Shown: positions 8,410-16,743 of the stretch, piece after piece | Layout of the letters: the number at the start of each line of letters is the position of its first letter | How positions within the stretch are numbered: the stretch's first letter is position 1 | Source: Candidatus Woesearchaeota archaeon | Lineage (GTDB): Archaea > Nanobdellota > Nanobdellia > Pacearchaeales > GW2011-AR1 | NCBI GenBank assembly: GCA_964608525.1 | Contig: CAZSNJ010000001.1 | Coordinates: 31,639 to 72,055, forward strand | Direction of reading: 5' to 3' | Length of the DNA: 40,417 nt | The notes under the pieces: model-generated | The model's input: only the letters and a program-made list of their open reading frames with translations | What the model was told of the DNA's origin: nothing | Databases searched by the model: none | Translations under genes and position numbers: made by a program

Positions 8410-8640
8410 ATGACAGCAAGTGATTGGAGAAAAATATTGAAACAATTGAGAAGTAAGCCAGTTGTAATGGCAAAATTCTTAAAACATAATAAACCAAAAG
8501 TGAAGAAAATAGGAATATCTGTAAAAAAATGTGAAAGATGTGGGAGATTTGGAGCCCATATTAAATCATATGAATTAAATTTATGTCGACACTGTTTTAG
8601 AGAAATAGCAGAAGAAATCGGTTTTAAGAAGTTTAGTTAA
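8410..8640 (+). CDS. rps14: 30S ribosomal protein uS14, zinc-binding type
   Basis: CERCGR...LCRHCFREIAEEIGFKKFS. An alternative in-frame ATG at 8467 would give the usual ~56-aa archaeal length. Confidence 0.9.
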   Translation: MTASDWRKILKQLRSKPVVMAKFLKHNKPKVKKIGISVKKCERCGRFGAHIKSYELNLCRHCFREIAEEIGFKKFS

Positions 8641-8641
8641 A

Positions 8642-9022
8642 ATGTCACAAGATATTGTTGCAGATGCTTTGAATATGATCAAAAATGCTAAAAGAGCAAA
8701 AAAAGAAACTGTAAAGATAAATAGGATTTCAAATTTACTAATTGAAATATTAAAGATAATGAAACAAAAAAATATTATAAAAAAATATAAAATTGATAGT
8801 AAAGGAAAAATTATTGAAGTAACAATAGGGGAATTATCTGAATGCAAAGCAATAAAACCAAGATTTAGTGTTGATAAAACTCAAATTGAAAAATATAGAA
8901 GAAGATATCTGCCATCAAGAAATTTCGGAACAATGGTCGTATCAACAAATAAGGGATTAATAACTCACGAAGAAGCACAAGAAAAGAAAATAGGAGGAAG
9001 CTTAATTGCATATTTTTACTAA
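8642..9022 (+). CDS. rps8: 30S ribosomal protein uS8
   Basis: Blocks DIVADALNMIKNAKRAKKETV and GGSLIAYFY are typical of S8. Confidence 0.93.
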   Translation: MSQDIVADALNMIKNAKRAKKETVKINRISNLLIEILKIMKQKNIIKKYKIDSKGKIIEVTIGELSECKAIKPRFSVDKTQIEKYRRRYLPSRNFGTMVVSTNKGLITHEEAQEKKIGGSLIAYFY

Positions 9023-9558
9023 TGAAAAAAGAAATATTTCAAAAGATTGTTATTCCCGAAGGAATAAAAGCAGAGATAGACGGAAATACTTTAATTATAA
9101 AAGGTCCTGAAGGAGAAAATAAAAAAACATTTAATATAAATAAATTAGTTTTTGAAAAAGAAGATAAAACAATCGTTATTGGAAGTAAAAAAGCAACAAA
9201 AACAGAAAAAAGAATGATAAACACAATTTCTGCACATATTAATAATATGATTAGAGGGGTTCAGAAAAAATTTGAATATAAATTAAAAATATGTTTTAGT
9301 CATTTTCCATTTAGTGTTGAAATTAAGGGGAATGAAGCAACAATAAAAAACTTTTTAGGAGAAAAAATACCTAGAAAATTAAAAATTTCTGGAGAAGTTG
9401 ATATTAACAAAGATATTATCACAATAAAATCAGTAGATAAGGAATTAGCAGGACAAATAGCTGCAAATTTTGAGCAAGCGACTAAAATTAGAGCAAAAGA
9501 TAAACGAGTATTTCAAGATGGTTGTCATATTATCAGCAAGGATGGTGTAGAAATATGA
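9022..9558 (+). CDS. rpl6: 50S ribosomal protein uL6
   Basis: Two-domain L6 pattern (IPEGIKAEIDGNTLIIKGPEGE ... FEYKLKICFSHFPFSVEIKGNE). Canonical position. Confidence 0.93.
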   Translation: MKKEIFQKIVIPEGIKAEIDGNTLIIKGPEGENKKTFNINKLVFEKEDKTIVIGSKKATKTEKRMINTISAHINNMIRGVQKKFEYKLKICFSHFPFSVEIKGNEATIKNFLGEKIPRKLKISGEVDINKDIITIKSVDKELAGQIAANFEQATKIRAKDKRVFQDGCHIISKDGVEI

Positions 9559-9917
9559 GAATAAAATTTTTAAGGAGAAATTGGAATCGGCATAGTAAAC
9601 TCGGAAAAAGAAGAAAGAAAAAACAAGTTTGGAGAAATCCTAAGGGAAGAGATAATAAAATGAGAGAGAAAAGAAAAGGATATCCAAAAGTAATTAGTAT
9701 TGGTTATAAAAAACAAAAAACTGAAAACAAACAGATTCCAATTATTAAAAATATTAAAGATTTTGAAAAAAATAAAAAAATTAAAGAAATAACAATTGGA
9801 AAGATGGGTAAAAAAAAGAAAATAGAAATAGCAAAAATGGCAAAAGATTTGAAAATTAAGATTAGTAATTTAAATATTAAAAAAATTTTAAAACCAAAAA
9901 AGGAGAATAAAAAATGA
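9555..9917 (+). CDS. rpl32e: 50S ribosomal protein eL32
   Basis: An in-frame ATG at 9555 overlaps the uL6 stop (ATGA). FLRRNWNRHSKLGKRRKKKQVWRNPKGRDNKMR is L32e-like. The ORF-track start at 9522 is probably too far upstream. Confidence 0.9.
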   Translation: MRIKFLRRNWNRHSKLGKRRKKKQVWRNPKGRDNKMREKRKGYPKVISIGYKKQKTENKQIPIIKNIKDFEKNKKIKEITIGKMGKKKKIEIAKMAKDLKIKISNLNIKKILKPKKENKK

Positions 9918-10318
9918 ATTTAAAAAAGAAAAAAGAACTTTCAAGAAAAACTCTAAAAGTAGGAAAAGAAAGAATAATCTTCTTAAAATCAAGGTTAAAT
10001 GAAATTAAAGAAGCAATAACAAAACAAGATATTAGAGATTTGAAAAAAGAAGGAGCAATAATTATAAAAGAAAAAAAAGGGCAGAAAAAAAGTAAAAATA
10101 AAAGAAAAAGAAGAAGTACTGGAAATATAAGAAAAAAAGTAAATAAAAGAAAACAAGAATATGTAATAATGACTAGAAAATTGAGAAAATATATTGCTGA
10201 ATTGAAAAAACAGGGAAAATTATCCAATGAAAAGGCAAATGACATTAGGAAAAAAATAAGAAACAGAATTTTCAGAAGCAAATCACATTTAAAAGAATAT
10301 CTTAAGGGATTAAAATGA
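9914..10318 (+). CDS. rpl19e: 50S ribosomal protein eL19
   Basis: LKKKKELSRKTLKVGKERI start and a basic helical tail. Canonical position with a 4-nt overlap. Confidence 0.9.
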   Translation: MNLKKKKELSRKTLKVGKERIIFLKSRLNEIKEAITKQDIRDLKKEGAIIIKEKKGQKKSKNKRKRRSTGNIRKKVNKRKQEYVIMTRKLRKYIAELKKQGKLSNEKANDIRKKIRNRIFRSKSHLKEYLKGLK

Positions 10319-10809
10319 AAACATTAAAAAGAAGAAGAAAGGAAAATAAAACAAATTACTTGAAAAGAATCAAGTTACTTAAAGGTAAATCTCCTAGATT
10401 AGTCTTTAGAAAAACAAATAAATATATTATTACACAATATGTTACAAGTAAACAAGCACAAGATAAAGTTGAAATTTCTATAAATTCAAAACAATTAATG
10501 AAATATGGTTGGCCAAAAGAATTTAATGGAAGTTTAAAATCACTTCCTGCATCATATTTAACAGGATTTTTAATAGGTAAAAAAATAATTTCAAAAAAAT
10601 TGGAAAAACCAATTATTGATTTTGGGATGATTAGGCCATTACATAAAACAAAAATCTATTCTTTTTTAAAAGGATTAATTGATTCTGGAATTGAAATAAA
10701 ATCTAAAGAAGATATCTTTCCAGATGAAAATAGAATAAAAGGGAAACATATGAAAAAAGATTTTTCGCAAATCTTTGAAGAAATTAAATCAAAAATAGGA
10801 AAGGAATGA
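10315..10809 (+). CDS. rpl18: 50S ribosomal protein uL18
   Basis: RRRKENKTNYLKRIKLLKGKSPRLVFRKTNKYIITQ is L18/L5e-like. Canonical position. Confidence 0.9.
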   Translation: MKTLKRRRKENKTNYLKRIKLLKGKSPRLVFRKTNKYIITQYVTSKQAQDKVEISINSKQLMKYGWPKEFNGSLKSLPASYLTGFLIGKKIISKKLEKPIIDFGMIRPLHKTKIYSFLKGLIDSGIEIKSKEDIFPDENRIKGKHMKKDFSQIFEEIKSKIGKE

Positions 10810-11504
10810 TGTATAAAAGAAAACCCCGAGAAAAAAGAGATTTTGAAGCTGAAAAAAAAGAAGCAATAGCTGCTTGGAGCCCGAAAACAAAACTTGGAAA
10901 AGAAGTAAAAGACGGAAAAATAAAAGAAATTGAGGAAGTCTTAGAAAATAATAGAAAAATTCTTGAAACTGAAATTGTTGATTCTTTGATTAATGTTCAA
11001 TCTGATTTACTTGCAATCGGCCAATCAAAAGGAAAATTTGGGGGAGGAAAAAGAAGAGCCTGGCGTCAAACTCAAAGAAAAACAAGGGAAGGAAATGTTC
11101 CAACGTTTTCAACACTTGCTGTTATTGGAGATCATAATGGACATATTGGAGTAGGTTCTGGAAAATCTAAAGAAACATTACCTGCAAGAGATAAAGCAAT
11201 AAAAAAAGCTAAATTAAATATTTTTAAAATAAAAAGAACTTGTGCTGGATTTGATTGTGCATGTTCAGAATTACATACTGTTCCATTCAAGGTAACAGGT
11301 AAATCAGGGAGTGTAAAAGTAACTTTAATTCCAGCATCACAAGGAACAGGACTTGTTGTTGCAAATGAATTAAAAAAGATATTAAAACTTGCAGGAATTA
11401 AAGATGTATATAGTAGAACACAAGGTAGAAAGAGAACAACTTTTAATTTGATAAAAGCTTGTATTGATGCTCTAGAAAAAACAAACTCAATTTATAAAAA
11501 ATGA
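10806..11504 (+). CDS. rps5: 30S ribosomal protein uS5
   Basis: Blocks GDHNGHIGVGSGKSKE and GTGLVVANELKKILKLAGIKDV are S5 domains. Confidence 0.93.
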   Translation: MMYKRKPREKRDFEAEKKEAIAAWSPKTKLGKEVKDGKIKEIEEVLENNRKILETEIVDSLINVQSDLLAIGQSKGKFGGGKRRAWRQTQRKTREGNVPTFSTLAVIGDHNGHIGVGSGKSKETLPARDKAIKKAKLNIFKIKRTCAGFDCACSELHTVPFKVTGKSGSVKVTLIPASQGTGLVVANELKKILKLAGIKDVYSRTQGRKRTTFNLIKACIDALEKTNSIYKK

Positions 11505-11917
11505 TAGCAATAATTAGAATTCGTGGACAAGTAGGACTAAAAAAAGAAATAGTTGAAACTCTAAATAGATTAAGATTAAGAAGAAAATATGTTTGTGTTG
11601 TAATAAATCCCAAAAAAGAACAATTAGGAATGATAAAAAAACTAAAAGATTTTGTTGCATATGGAGAAATAAAAAAAGAAGTTTTTGAAAAATTAATTGA
11701 AAAAAGAGGACAATTAGTTGATAAGAAAAAGAAAGTTGATTTAAAAAAAGCTGCTGAAGAATTAGAAAAAGGGAAAAAATATGAAGAATTAAATTTAAAG
11801 CCATTTTTTAGATTACATCCTCCACGAAAAGGAATAAAAAGTAAATTTCATTTTCCAAAAGGAGTTTTAGGAAATAATAAAGATAAAATAAATGAATTAG
11901 TTGAGAGGATGTTATAA
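11501..11917 (+). CDS. rpl30: 50S ribosomal protein uL30
   Basis: IAIIRIRGQVGLKKEIVETLNRLRLRRK is L30/L7e-like. Canonical position. Confidence 0.9.
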   Translation: MIAIIRIRGQVGLKKEIVETLNRLRLRRKYVCVVINPKKEQLGMIKKLKDFVAYGEIKKEVFEKLIEKRGQLVDKKKKVDLKKAAEELEKGKKYEELNLKPFFRLHPPRKGIKSKFHFPKGVLGNNKDKINELVERML

Positions 11918-11918
11918 G

Positions 11919-12215
11919 ATGGAAGAAATTGACTTAAAGTATGGTATAAAAGGATTTTATGGAACACTCAAGGAAAATTCCAAATACAATGCAATATATG
12001 CTGGATTTAATGAAAAGGGGCATGTCATATTAATTCGAGAAGACGAGGAAATATTAGCTATTAGGAATTCAAGATGTTCATTAAATAAATACTATGGAGA
12101 GGGAGGTTTCCCTTTTATACCAAAATTTGATATGGGACTATTTCCAACTCAAATACATTTAATTGGAGAAGAAAAAATATTAGCAAATAAAATGTTTAAC
12201 ATAAGAAATTTATAA
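11919..12215 (+). CDS. hypothetical protein inserted between uL30 and uL15
   Basis: ATG at 11919 lies 1 nt after the uL30 stop (the ORF-track TTG start is 11901). The ORF ends 1 nt before the uL15 ATG. 98 aa (MEEIDLKYGIKGFYG...). No family recognised. Confidence 0.45.
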   Translation: MEEIDLKYGIKGFYGTLKENSKYNAIYAGFNEKGHVILIREDEEILAIRNSRCSLNKYYGEGGFPFIPKFDMGLFPTQIHLIGEEKILANKMFNIRNL

Positions 12216-12216
12216 A

Positions 12217-12696
12217 ATGAAAACAAAAAAACGTAAAAAATCATCAAGAGCTCATGGAAGAGGTATGGGAACTCATGGTTGGGGAGCTAGAAAAAAACAC
12301 AAAAAAACAGGACATAGAGGTGGAAAAGGAATGTCTGGTAGTGGAAAAAGAGCAGATCATAAAAAAACACTCGTAACTAAAAGATATGGACATAAATATT
12401 TTGGAAAGCAAGGAATAACAAGTCGTGGAACTAAAAGAGATATAAGATTAAGAATTAATTTAAGAGATATTGGATTAAATTTAGGAAAATATGGGAAGAA
12501 AGTAGGAGATACTTTTGAAATTAATTTAAAAAATTATAAAATTTTAGGAACAGGGGTTGTTAAAAATAAATTAATTATAAAAGCAAAAGAAGCATCTAAA
12601 TCAGCATTGAAGAAAGTTAAGGAAAAAGGTGGAGAAATACAAATTCCTGTTCAAAAAGAGATTGTAAAAAAAGATGGACTTAAGAAAAATATTTAA
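12217..12696 (+). CDS. rpl15: 50S ribosomal protein uL15
   Basis: RAHGRGMGTHGWGARKKHKKTGHRGGKGMSG is a typical L15 N-terminus. Confidence 0.93.
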   Translation: MKTKKRKKSSRAHGRGMGTHGWGARKKHKKTGHRGGKGMSGSGKRADHKKTLVTKRYGHKYFGKQGITSRGTKRDIRLRINLRDIGLNLGKYGKKVGDTFEINLKNYKILGTGVVKNKLIIKAKEASKSALKKVKEKGGEIQIPVQKEIVKKDGLKKNI

Positions 12697-14116
12697 TTAT
12701 ATCCCTGAAGTTAAAAAACCAGAAGAAAAAAAAGTAGGTTTTAATGTAAAATTAAAATGGACTATAATTGTCTTAGTTTTATTTTTTGTTCTTGCTAATA
12801 TTTCTCTTTTTGGACTTTCAAATAATGCCCTTGAAAGATTTGAATATCTTGCAATTATTTTAGGAACAGATTTTGGAAGTATCATATCTCTTGGTATTGG
12901 TCCAATTGTAATGGCATCAATTATTTTACAATTGCTTACAGGATCAGGAATATTAAATATTGATACAACAACTGTTGAAGGAAAGAAATTTTTTCAGGGA
13001 ATTCAAAAATTATTAGTTTTCTTTTTTATAATATTTGAAGCAGTTATTTATGTAATGATGCAAGGACTTCAGGCATCTCCAGGATTTGCACATATTGTAA
13101 TTTTGCAATTAATTTTAGGCGGGCTTGCAATTTTTTACATGGATGATTTAACAACTAAATGGGGATTTGGTTCAGGTGTTAGTTTATTTATTGGTGCAGG
13201 AGTATCATGGAGATTATTTACAAGTGCTTTTCAATTTGTAAATCAACAAGGAAGAAATTGTCTGTTAGATTTTAAGGGAACTCCTTGTTCTGGAAAGGTT
13301 TTTGTTTTAGTACAATCAATAATTAATAAATATTCTATAGAGTTTTTATCTGCTTTTGCTGCTATTTTATCAACATTATTAATATTTTTAATAGTTGTTT
13401 GGGTTCAATCATTAAAGGTTGAAATTCCTTTATCTTTTGGAAGAATTAGAGGATATGGTGTGAAATGGCCATTATCATTTTTTTATGCTTCTGTTATTCC
13501 TGTTATTTTAACAGCTGCATTAATGGCTAATGCTCAACTTTTTGGAGGAATTATTGAAAATGCTGCAGCGCCTTGTTTGATAGAAGGTGGAGAATGTGGA
13601 GGAATTGCAAAAATTTCTCTTTACGCCAGTGATTTCTTTGGACATTTTGTTCAGGGACAAGCTGTTTCAGGACTTGCATTCTGGATGGGATCAACTAATA
13701 TTTTAGAATTATTTATTAGGGGAGGATTTTTATGGAGACATTTATTTCAGGGAATAACTCATATTTTGTTTTTTGTGTTTTTCTCAACATTATTTTCAAT
13801 ATTTTGGGTAAAAACATCTGGAATGGATGCAAAATCGCAAGCAAATAAAATTGCATCATCTGGTTTACAAGTAGCAGGATTTAGACAAGATATAAGAATT
13901 TTGGAAAGTATTTTAGATAGGTATATTATGCCCTTAACTGTTATGGGTGGAGCAGCAATAGGATTACTTGCAGCAACAACAGATTTACTTGGAGCACTAG
14001 TTTCAGGAACAGCAATATTGCTGGTTATTATGATTATGTTTCAGTTTTATCAAAGTATTGCCCAACAACATCAAACAGATATGAATCCTGCAATGAGAAA
14101 GTTCATGAGTGGTTAA
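12674..14116 (+). CDS. secY: preprotein translocase subunit SecY
   Basis: 480 aa and multi-TM. Canonical position after uL15. Blocks SLGIGPIVMASIILQLL and YIMPLTVMGGAAIG are SecY-like. Confidence 0.95.
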   Translation: MDLRKIFNYIPEVKKPEEKKVGFNVKLKWTIIVLVLFFVLANISLFGLSNNALERFEYLAIILGTDFGSIISLGIGPIVMASIILQLLTGSGILNIDTTTVEGKKFFQGIQKLLVFFFIIFEAVIYVMMQGLQASPGFAHIVILQLILGGLAIFYMDDLTTKWGFGSGVSLFIGAGVSWRLFTSAFQFVNQQGRNCLLDFKGTPCSGKVFVLVQSIINKYSIEFLSAFAAILSTLLIFLIVVWVQSLKVEIPLSFGRIRGYGVKWPLSFFYASVIPVILTAALMANAQLFGGIIENAAAPCLIEGGECGGIAKISLYASDFFGHFVQGQAVSGLAFWMGSTNILELFIRGGFLWRHLFQGITHILFFVFFSTLFSIFWVKTSGMDAKSQANKIASSGLQVAGFRQDIRILESILDRYIMPLTVMGGAAIGLLAATTDLLGALVSGTAILLVIMIMFQFYQSIAQQHQTDMNPAMRKFMSG

Positions 14117-14127
14117 GATTTAAAAAC
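14114..14127 (+). promoter_or_regulatory. BRE/TATA-like box, leaderless geometry
   Basis: taagatttaaaaac. Its 3' end is exactly 21 nt from the A of the ATG at 14148. Confidence 0.45.
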
Positions 14128-14147
14128 TAATTTAACTTATTTTAAAA

Positions 14148-14543
14148 ATGATAAAAGAGTGGTTGATATTAAATCCTAAACTAAGTATAGTAATTATATC
14201 TTTTTTAATTACTCTTGCAATGACTTTAGTTACAAAATATTATACTAATCAAAGCAGAATGCAAGAATTAAAAGATATACAAAAAGCATGTAATATTAAA
14301 TTAAAAAGTGCTGAAGGAAATCCTGAAAAAATGAAAGAAGTTCAAAAAGAAATAATGGAATGCTCTTTAGAATTAATGAAACACTCAATGAAACCAATGT
14401 TATATACCTTTCTCCCCTTAATTCTCTTAATCTGGTGGATTAAAGATGTTTATGCAGATGTACTCACTAGCTGGATATGGTGGTATATTGGAGCAGGAAT
14501 TATTTCTAGTATTATTTTAAGGAAAGCTTTAAAAGTAGTATAA
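14148..14543 (+). CDS. DUF106/EMC3-type (archaeal YidC/Oxa1-like) membrane protein
   Basis: 131 aa: a TM helix, a K/E/M-rich amphipathic coiled region (QELKDIQKA...KMKEVQKEIMECSLELMKHSMKPM), then two more TM helices. It sits in the position downstream of secY that this family usually occupies in archaea. Confidence 0.7.
   Translation: MIKEWLILNPKLSIVIISFLITLAMTLVTKYYTNQSRMQELKDIQKACNIKLKSAEGNPEKMKEVQKEIMECSLELMKHSMKPMLYTFLPLILLIWWIKDVYADVLTSWIWWYIGAGIISSIILRKALKVV
14523..14536 (+). promoter_or_regulatory. BRE/TATA-like box inside the 3' end of the preceding CDS
   Basis: aaagctttaaaagt. Its 3' end is 20 nt from the ATG at 14556. Confidence 0.35.
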
Positions 14544-14555
14544 AGATATTTTATT

Positions 14556-14957
14556 ATGGAAAATAATCAGCAAGAACTTATTTTTAAATTAAGTATGTTT
14601 GAACAACAAATTCAGCAATTACAACAACAATTACAGGCAGTAGATCAAAGCATAATGGATATGAGTTCACTAAATTTAAGTCTTGATGAACTTAAGGGAG
14701 CTAAAGGAAAAGAAATTTTCTCTCCAATTGGACGTGGAATTTTTGCAAGAACAAAATTTCTATCTGAAGAATTAACAGTTGATGTTGGAGCAAGAAATTT
14801 TGTAAAAAAAACTATTCCAGAAACAAAAGAAATTATCAATGAACAAATTGAAAAATTAAAGGATGTTAAAGATAATTTAAATGAAAACATAGAAAAAATT
14901 AGTGGAGAATTACAAAAGACATTAATTGTTGCTCAAGAACAAAAAGATAAAAAATAA
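14556..14957 (+). CDS. pfdA: prefoldin alpha subunit
   Basis: Coiled coils flank a central beta-hairpin block: GKEIFSPIGRGIFARTKF...LTVDVGARNFVKKTIPE. This is the alpha-type pattern. Confidence 0.8.
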   Translation: MENNQQELIFKLSMFEQQIQQLQQQLQAVDQSIMDMSSLNLSLDELKGAKGKEIFSPIGRGIFARTKFLSEELTVDVGARNFVKKTIPETKEIINEQIEKLKDVKDNLNENIEKISGELQKTLIVAQEQKDKK

Positions 14958-14958
14958 T

Positions 14959-15213
14959 TTATTGTTTCTTTTTATGATATAATTCTAAAAAAATAACCTT
15001 GTTTTCTTTTTTTATATAAGTATAAGAAAGTCTAAAAGGAGAAATATAAACTTCACGAGTTCCTTTTCTAACATTTCTCATTGGCTTTCCAATCTCAGGA
15101 TTTTGAATAATTTTAATAATTTGTTTTTTTACTTTGACTTTGATTAAGTTGTCTTTTATTTTTTCAGTAGCCTTTGTAAAATTATCAGTTTCTTCAAAAC
15201 TAATTTCTACCAT
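14959..15213 (-). CDS. RelE/ParE-family type II toxin
   Basis: 84 aa. GKPMRNVRKGTREVYISPFRLSYTY...VIFLELYHKK is RelE/ParE-like. It overlaps the upstream antitoxin gene by 7 nt. Confidence 0.75.
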   Translation of the reverse strand: MVEISFEETDNFTKATEKIKDNLIKVKVKKQIIKIIQNPEIGKPMRNVRKGTREVYISPFRLSYTYIKKENKVIFLELYHKKKQ

Positions 15214-15476
15214 TTTTCAAGTTTCTTTAAGAATTCTTCTTTAGAATAAGAAGTAAACTTACCCTCATCAATTTCCTTCCAAGCTTCTTCTGTTCTTCTA
15301 GCAAATTCTAAATCTTCTTTCATTTTCTCACTTAATTTCTCTGCCTTTTTAAGGATAAATCTTTCATCATCTTTCACAATAATAAGGTCTTCACCTTCTT
15401 TCAAATCTTTTCTCATACTAGAAGGAATAACTATCTGTCCTTTTGAACTCATTCTTATTATATCTATGGTTACCAT
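15207..15476 (-). CDS. AbrB/SpoVT-fold antitoxin
   Basis: N-terminal RMSSKGQIVIPSSMRKDLKEGEDLIIV swapped-hairpin signature followed by an acidic helical tail. Lies upstream of the toxin and overlaps it. Confidence 0.75.
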   Translation of the reverse strand: MVTIDIIRMSSKGQIVIPSSMRKDLKEGEDLIIVKDDERFILKKAEKLSEKMKEDLEFARRTEEAWKEIDEGKFTSYSKEEFLKKLEKW

Positions 15477-15496
15477 AGTAAGATATATCTTACATA

Positions 15497-16312
15497 CTAT
15501 TTAAACTTTTCTACTTTTCTCAGAAATCTACCATATTTTAAATTTCCTAATTCACTAATTATTCCATAAATTAATTTTTTTGGAATAAATTCAAATGCTG
15601 GATTTTTAATTTTAATATTTTTTGGTGCTTTATTCCAAATTTCATCTAATTCTCTTTGTTCAATTTTAAGTTTTTTGTTTGTATATTTCCATGAATCAGC
15701 AATTATATACACTGGAATTTTATTGTCATATGCAATTTTTGAAAACATTCCTCCTCCAACTTTATTAATTACTCCTTTTTTTAATAAAGCATCTGCGCCA
15801 AAAAAAACTTTATTTACTTTCTTTGTTCCTTGTTTTTTAGTTATTGCAATCATTGCTGCTGAATCAATAAATTGGGTAACTTTTATTTTTGCTTTTTTTA
15901 ATTCTCGCGTTGTTTTTCTTCCTTGATATAATGGACGAGTTTCTGTATTATAAACTTCAAATTTTTTTCCTTTCTTCTTTGCATAAATTAAAGCATTAAT
16001 AACATTTGTGGAATGGCAGTGTGTGAAAATAACATCATTATTTTTTATTAATTTCAAAACACGATTATTGATTTTATCTTGAGCAATATCAAAATGTTTT
16101 AGAATTTCTTTATATGACTGTTTTTCCATCCTATCTAAGACATTAACAAGCATTGGTTCTGTAGGTCTTAAAGATAAAAGTTTTTTATATGATTTTTTTG
16201 TTGGAATTAAAGAATATGCATAAAGTGCTTTTCTTGCAATATTTCTTGCACCTTGTATTTTAATTTCTTTAATATCTCTTGAAATCTGATTGAATCTCTT
16301 TTGTTTATTCAT
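15497..16312 (-). CDS. eIF-2B alpha/beta/delta family protein (aIF-2B-like or sugar-phosphate isomerase)
   Basis: Blocks IQGARNIARKAL, THCHSTNV, VYNTETRPLYQGRKT, GADALLKKGVINKVGG and IPVYIIADSWK match the IF-2B family. Confidence 0.8.
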   Translation of the reverse strand: MNKQKRFNQISRDIKEIKIQGARNIARKALYAYSLIPTKKSYKKLLSLRPTEPMLVNVLDRMEKQSYKEILKHFDIAQDKINNRVLKLIKNNDVIFTHCHSTNVINALIYAKKKGKKFEVYNTETRPLYQGRKTTRELKKAKIKVTQFIDSAAMIAITKKQGTKKVNKVFFGADALLKKGVINKVGGGMFSKIAYDNKIPVYIIADSWKYTNKKLKIEQRELDEIWNKAPKNIKIKNPAFEFIPKKLIYGIISELGNLKYGRFLRKVEKFK

Positions 16313-16351
16313 AAAAGTAATAAGAAGTATTATTATAAAAATGCTTTTATT

Positions 16352-16645
16352 TTATTCATAAGTTTTCTTCAATGTCCATTTTTCCCCTAGTTCTTCATAC
16401 TTTTCAGCTAGATTATGAGCTTTCCCGAAATATTTTTTAGTATGAACTTCAATAACATTTTTATTCATATTGATAAAAATCCTCAAAGAAGAGGGAGCTA
16501 TGATAGGATTATCCTTAATACTTGTAATCTTTTCTCCAATAACGTCTAATGCAATACTACATAATTCTCTCCTTCTTCCCTTAATATAATTAATTTTTTC
16601 TTCTTGAGATATTTCTTCTTTTGTTTCTCCAATAACTTTTACCAT
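16352..16645 (-). CDS. hypothetical protein
   Basis: 97-aa ORF with a TATA-like stretch about 20 nt upstream of its ATG. No family recognised. Confidence 0.5.
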   Translation of the reverse strand: MVKVIGETKEEISQEEKINYIKGRRRELCSIALDVIGEKITSIKDNPIIAPSSLRIFINMNKNVIEVHTKKYFGKAHNLAEKYEELGEKWTLKKTYE

Positions 16646-16709
16646 ATTTCTTTGATTAAAATTTCCTTTTTAAATATTTATATCTTTAAATATATCACTA
16701 AAATAAACA

Positions 16710-16723
16710 AACAATTTAAAACT
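16710..16723 (+). promoter_or_regulatory. BRE/TATA-like box, leaderless geometry
   Basis: aacaatttaaaact. Its 3' end is exactly 21 nt from the ATG at 16744. Confidence 0.4.
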
Positions 16724-16743
16724 TCTTTTTTCCTTGGGATAAC

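Noticed and set aside
12674-14116. Cys-containing loop segments in SecY (GRNCLLDFKGTPCSG and AAPCLIEGGECGG) as possible lineage-specific insertions.
   Set aside because: I cannot judge insertion versus normal loop variability without an alignment. The total length of 480 aa is within the archaeal SecY range.
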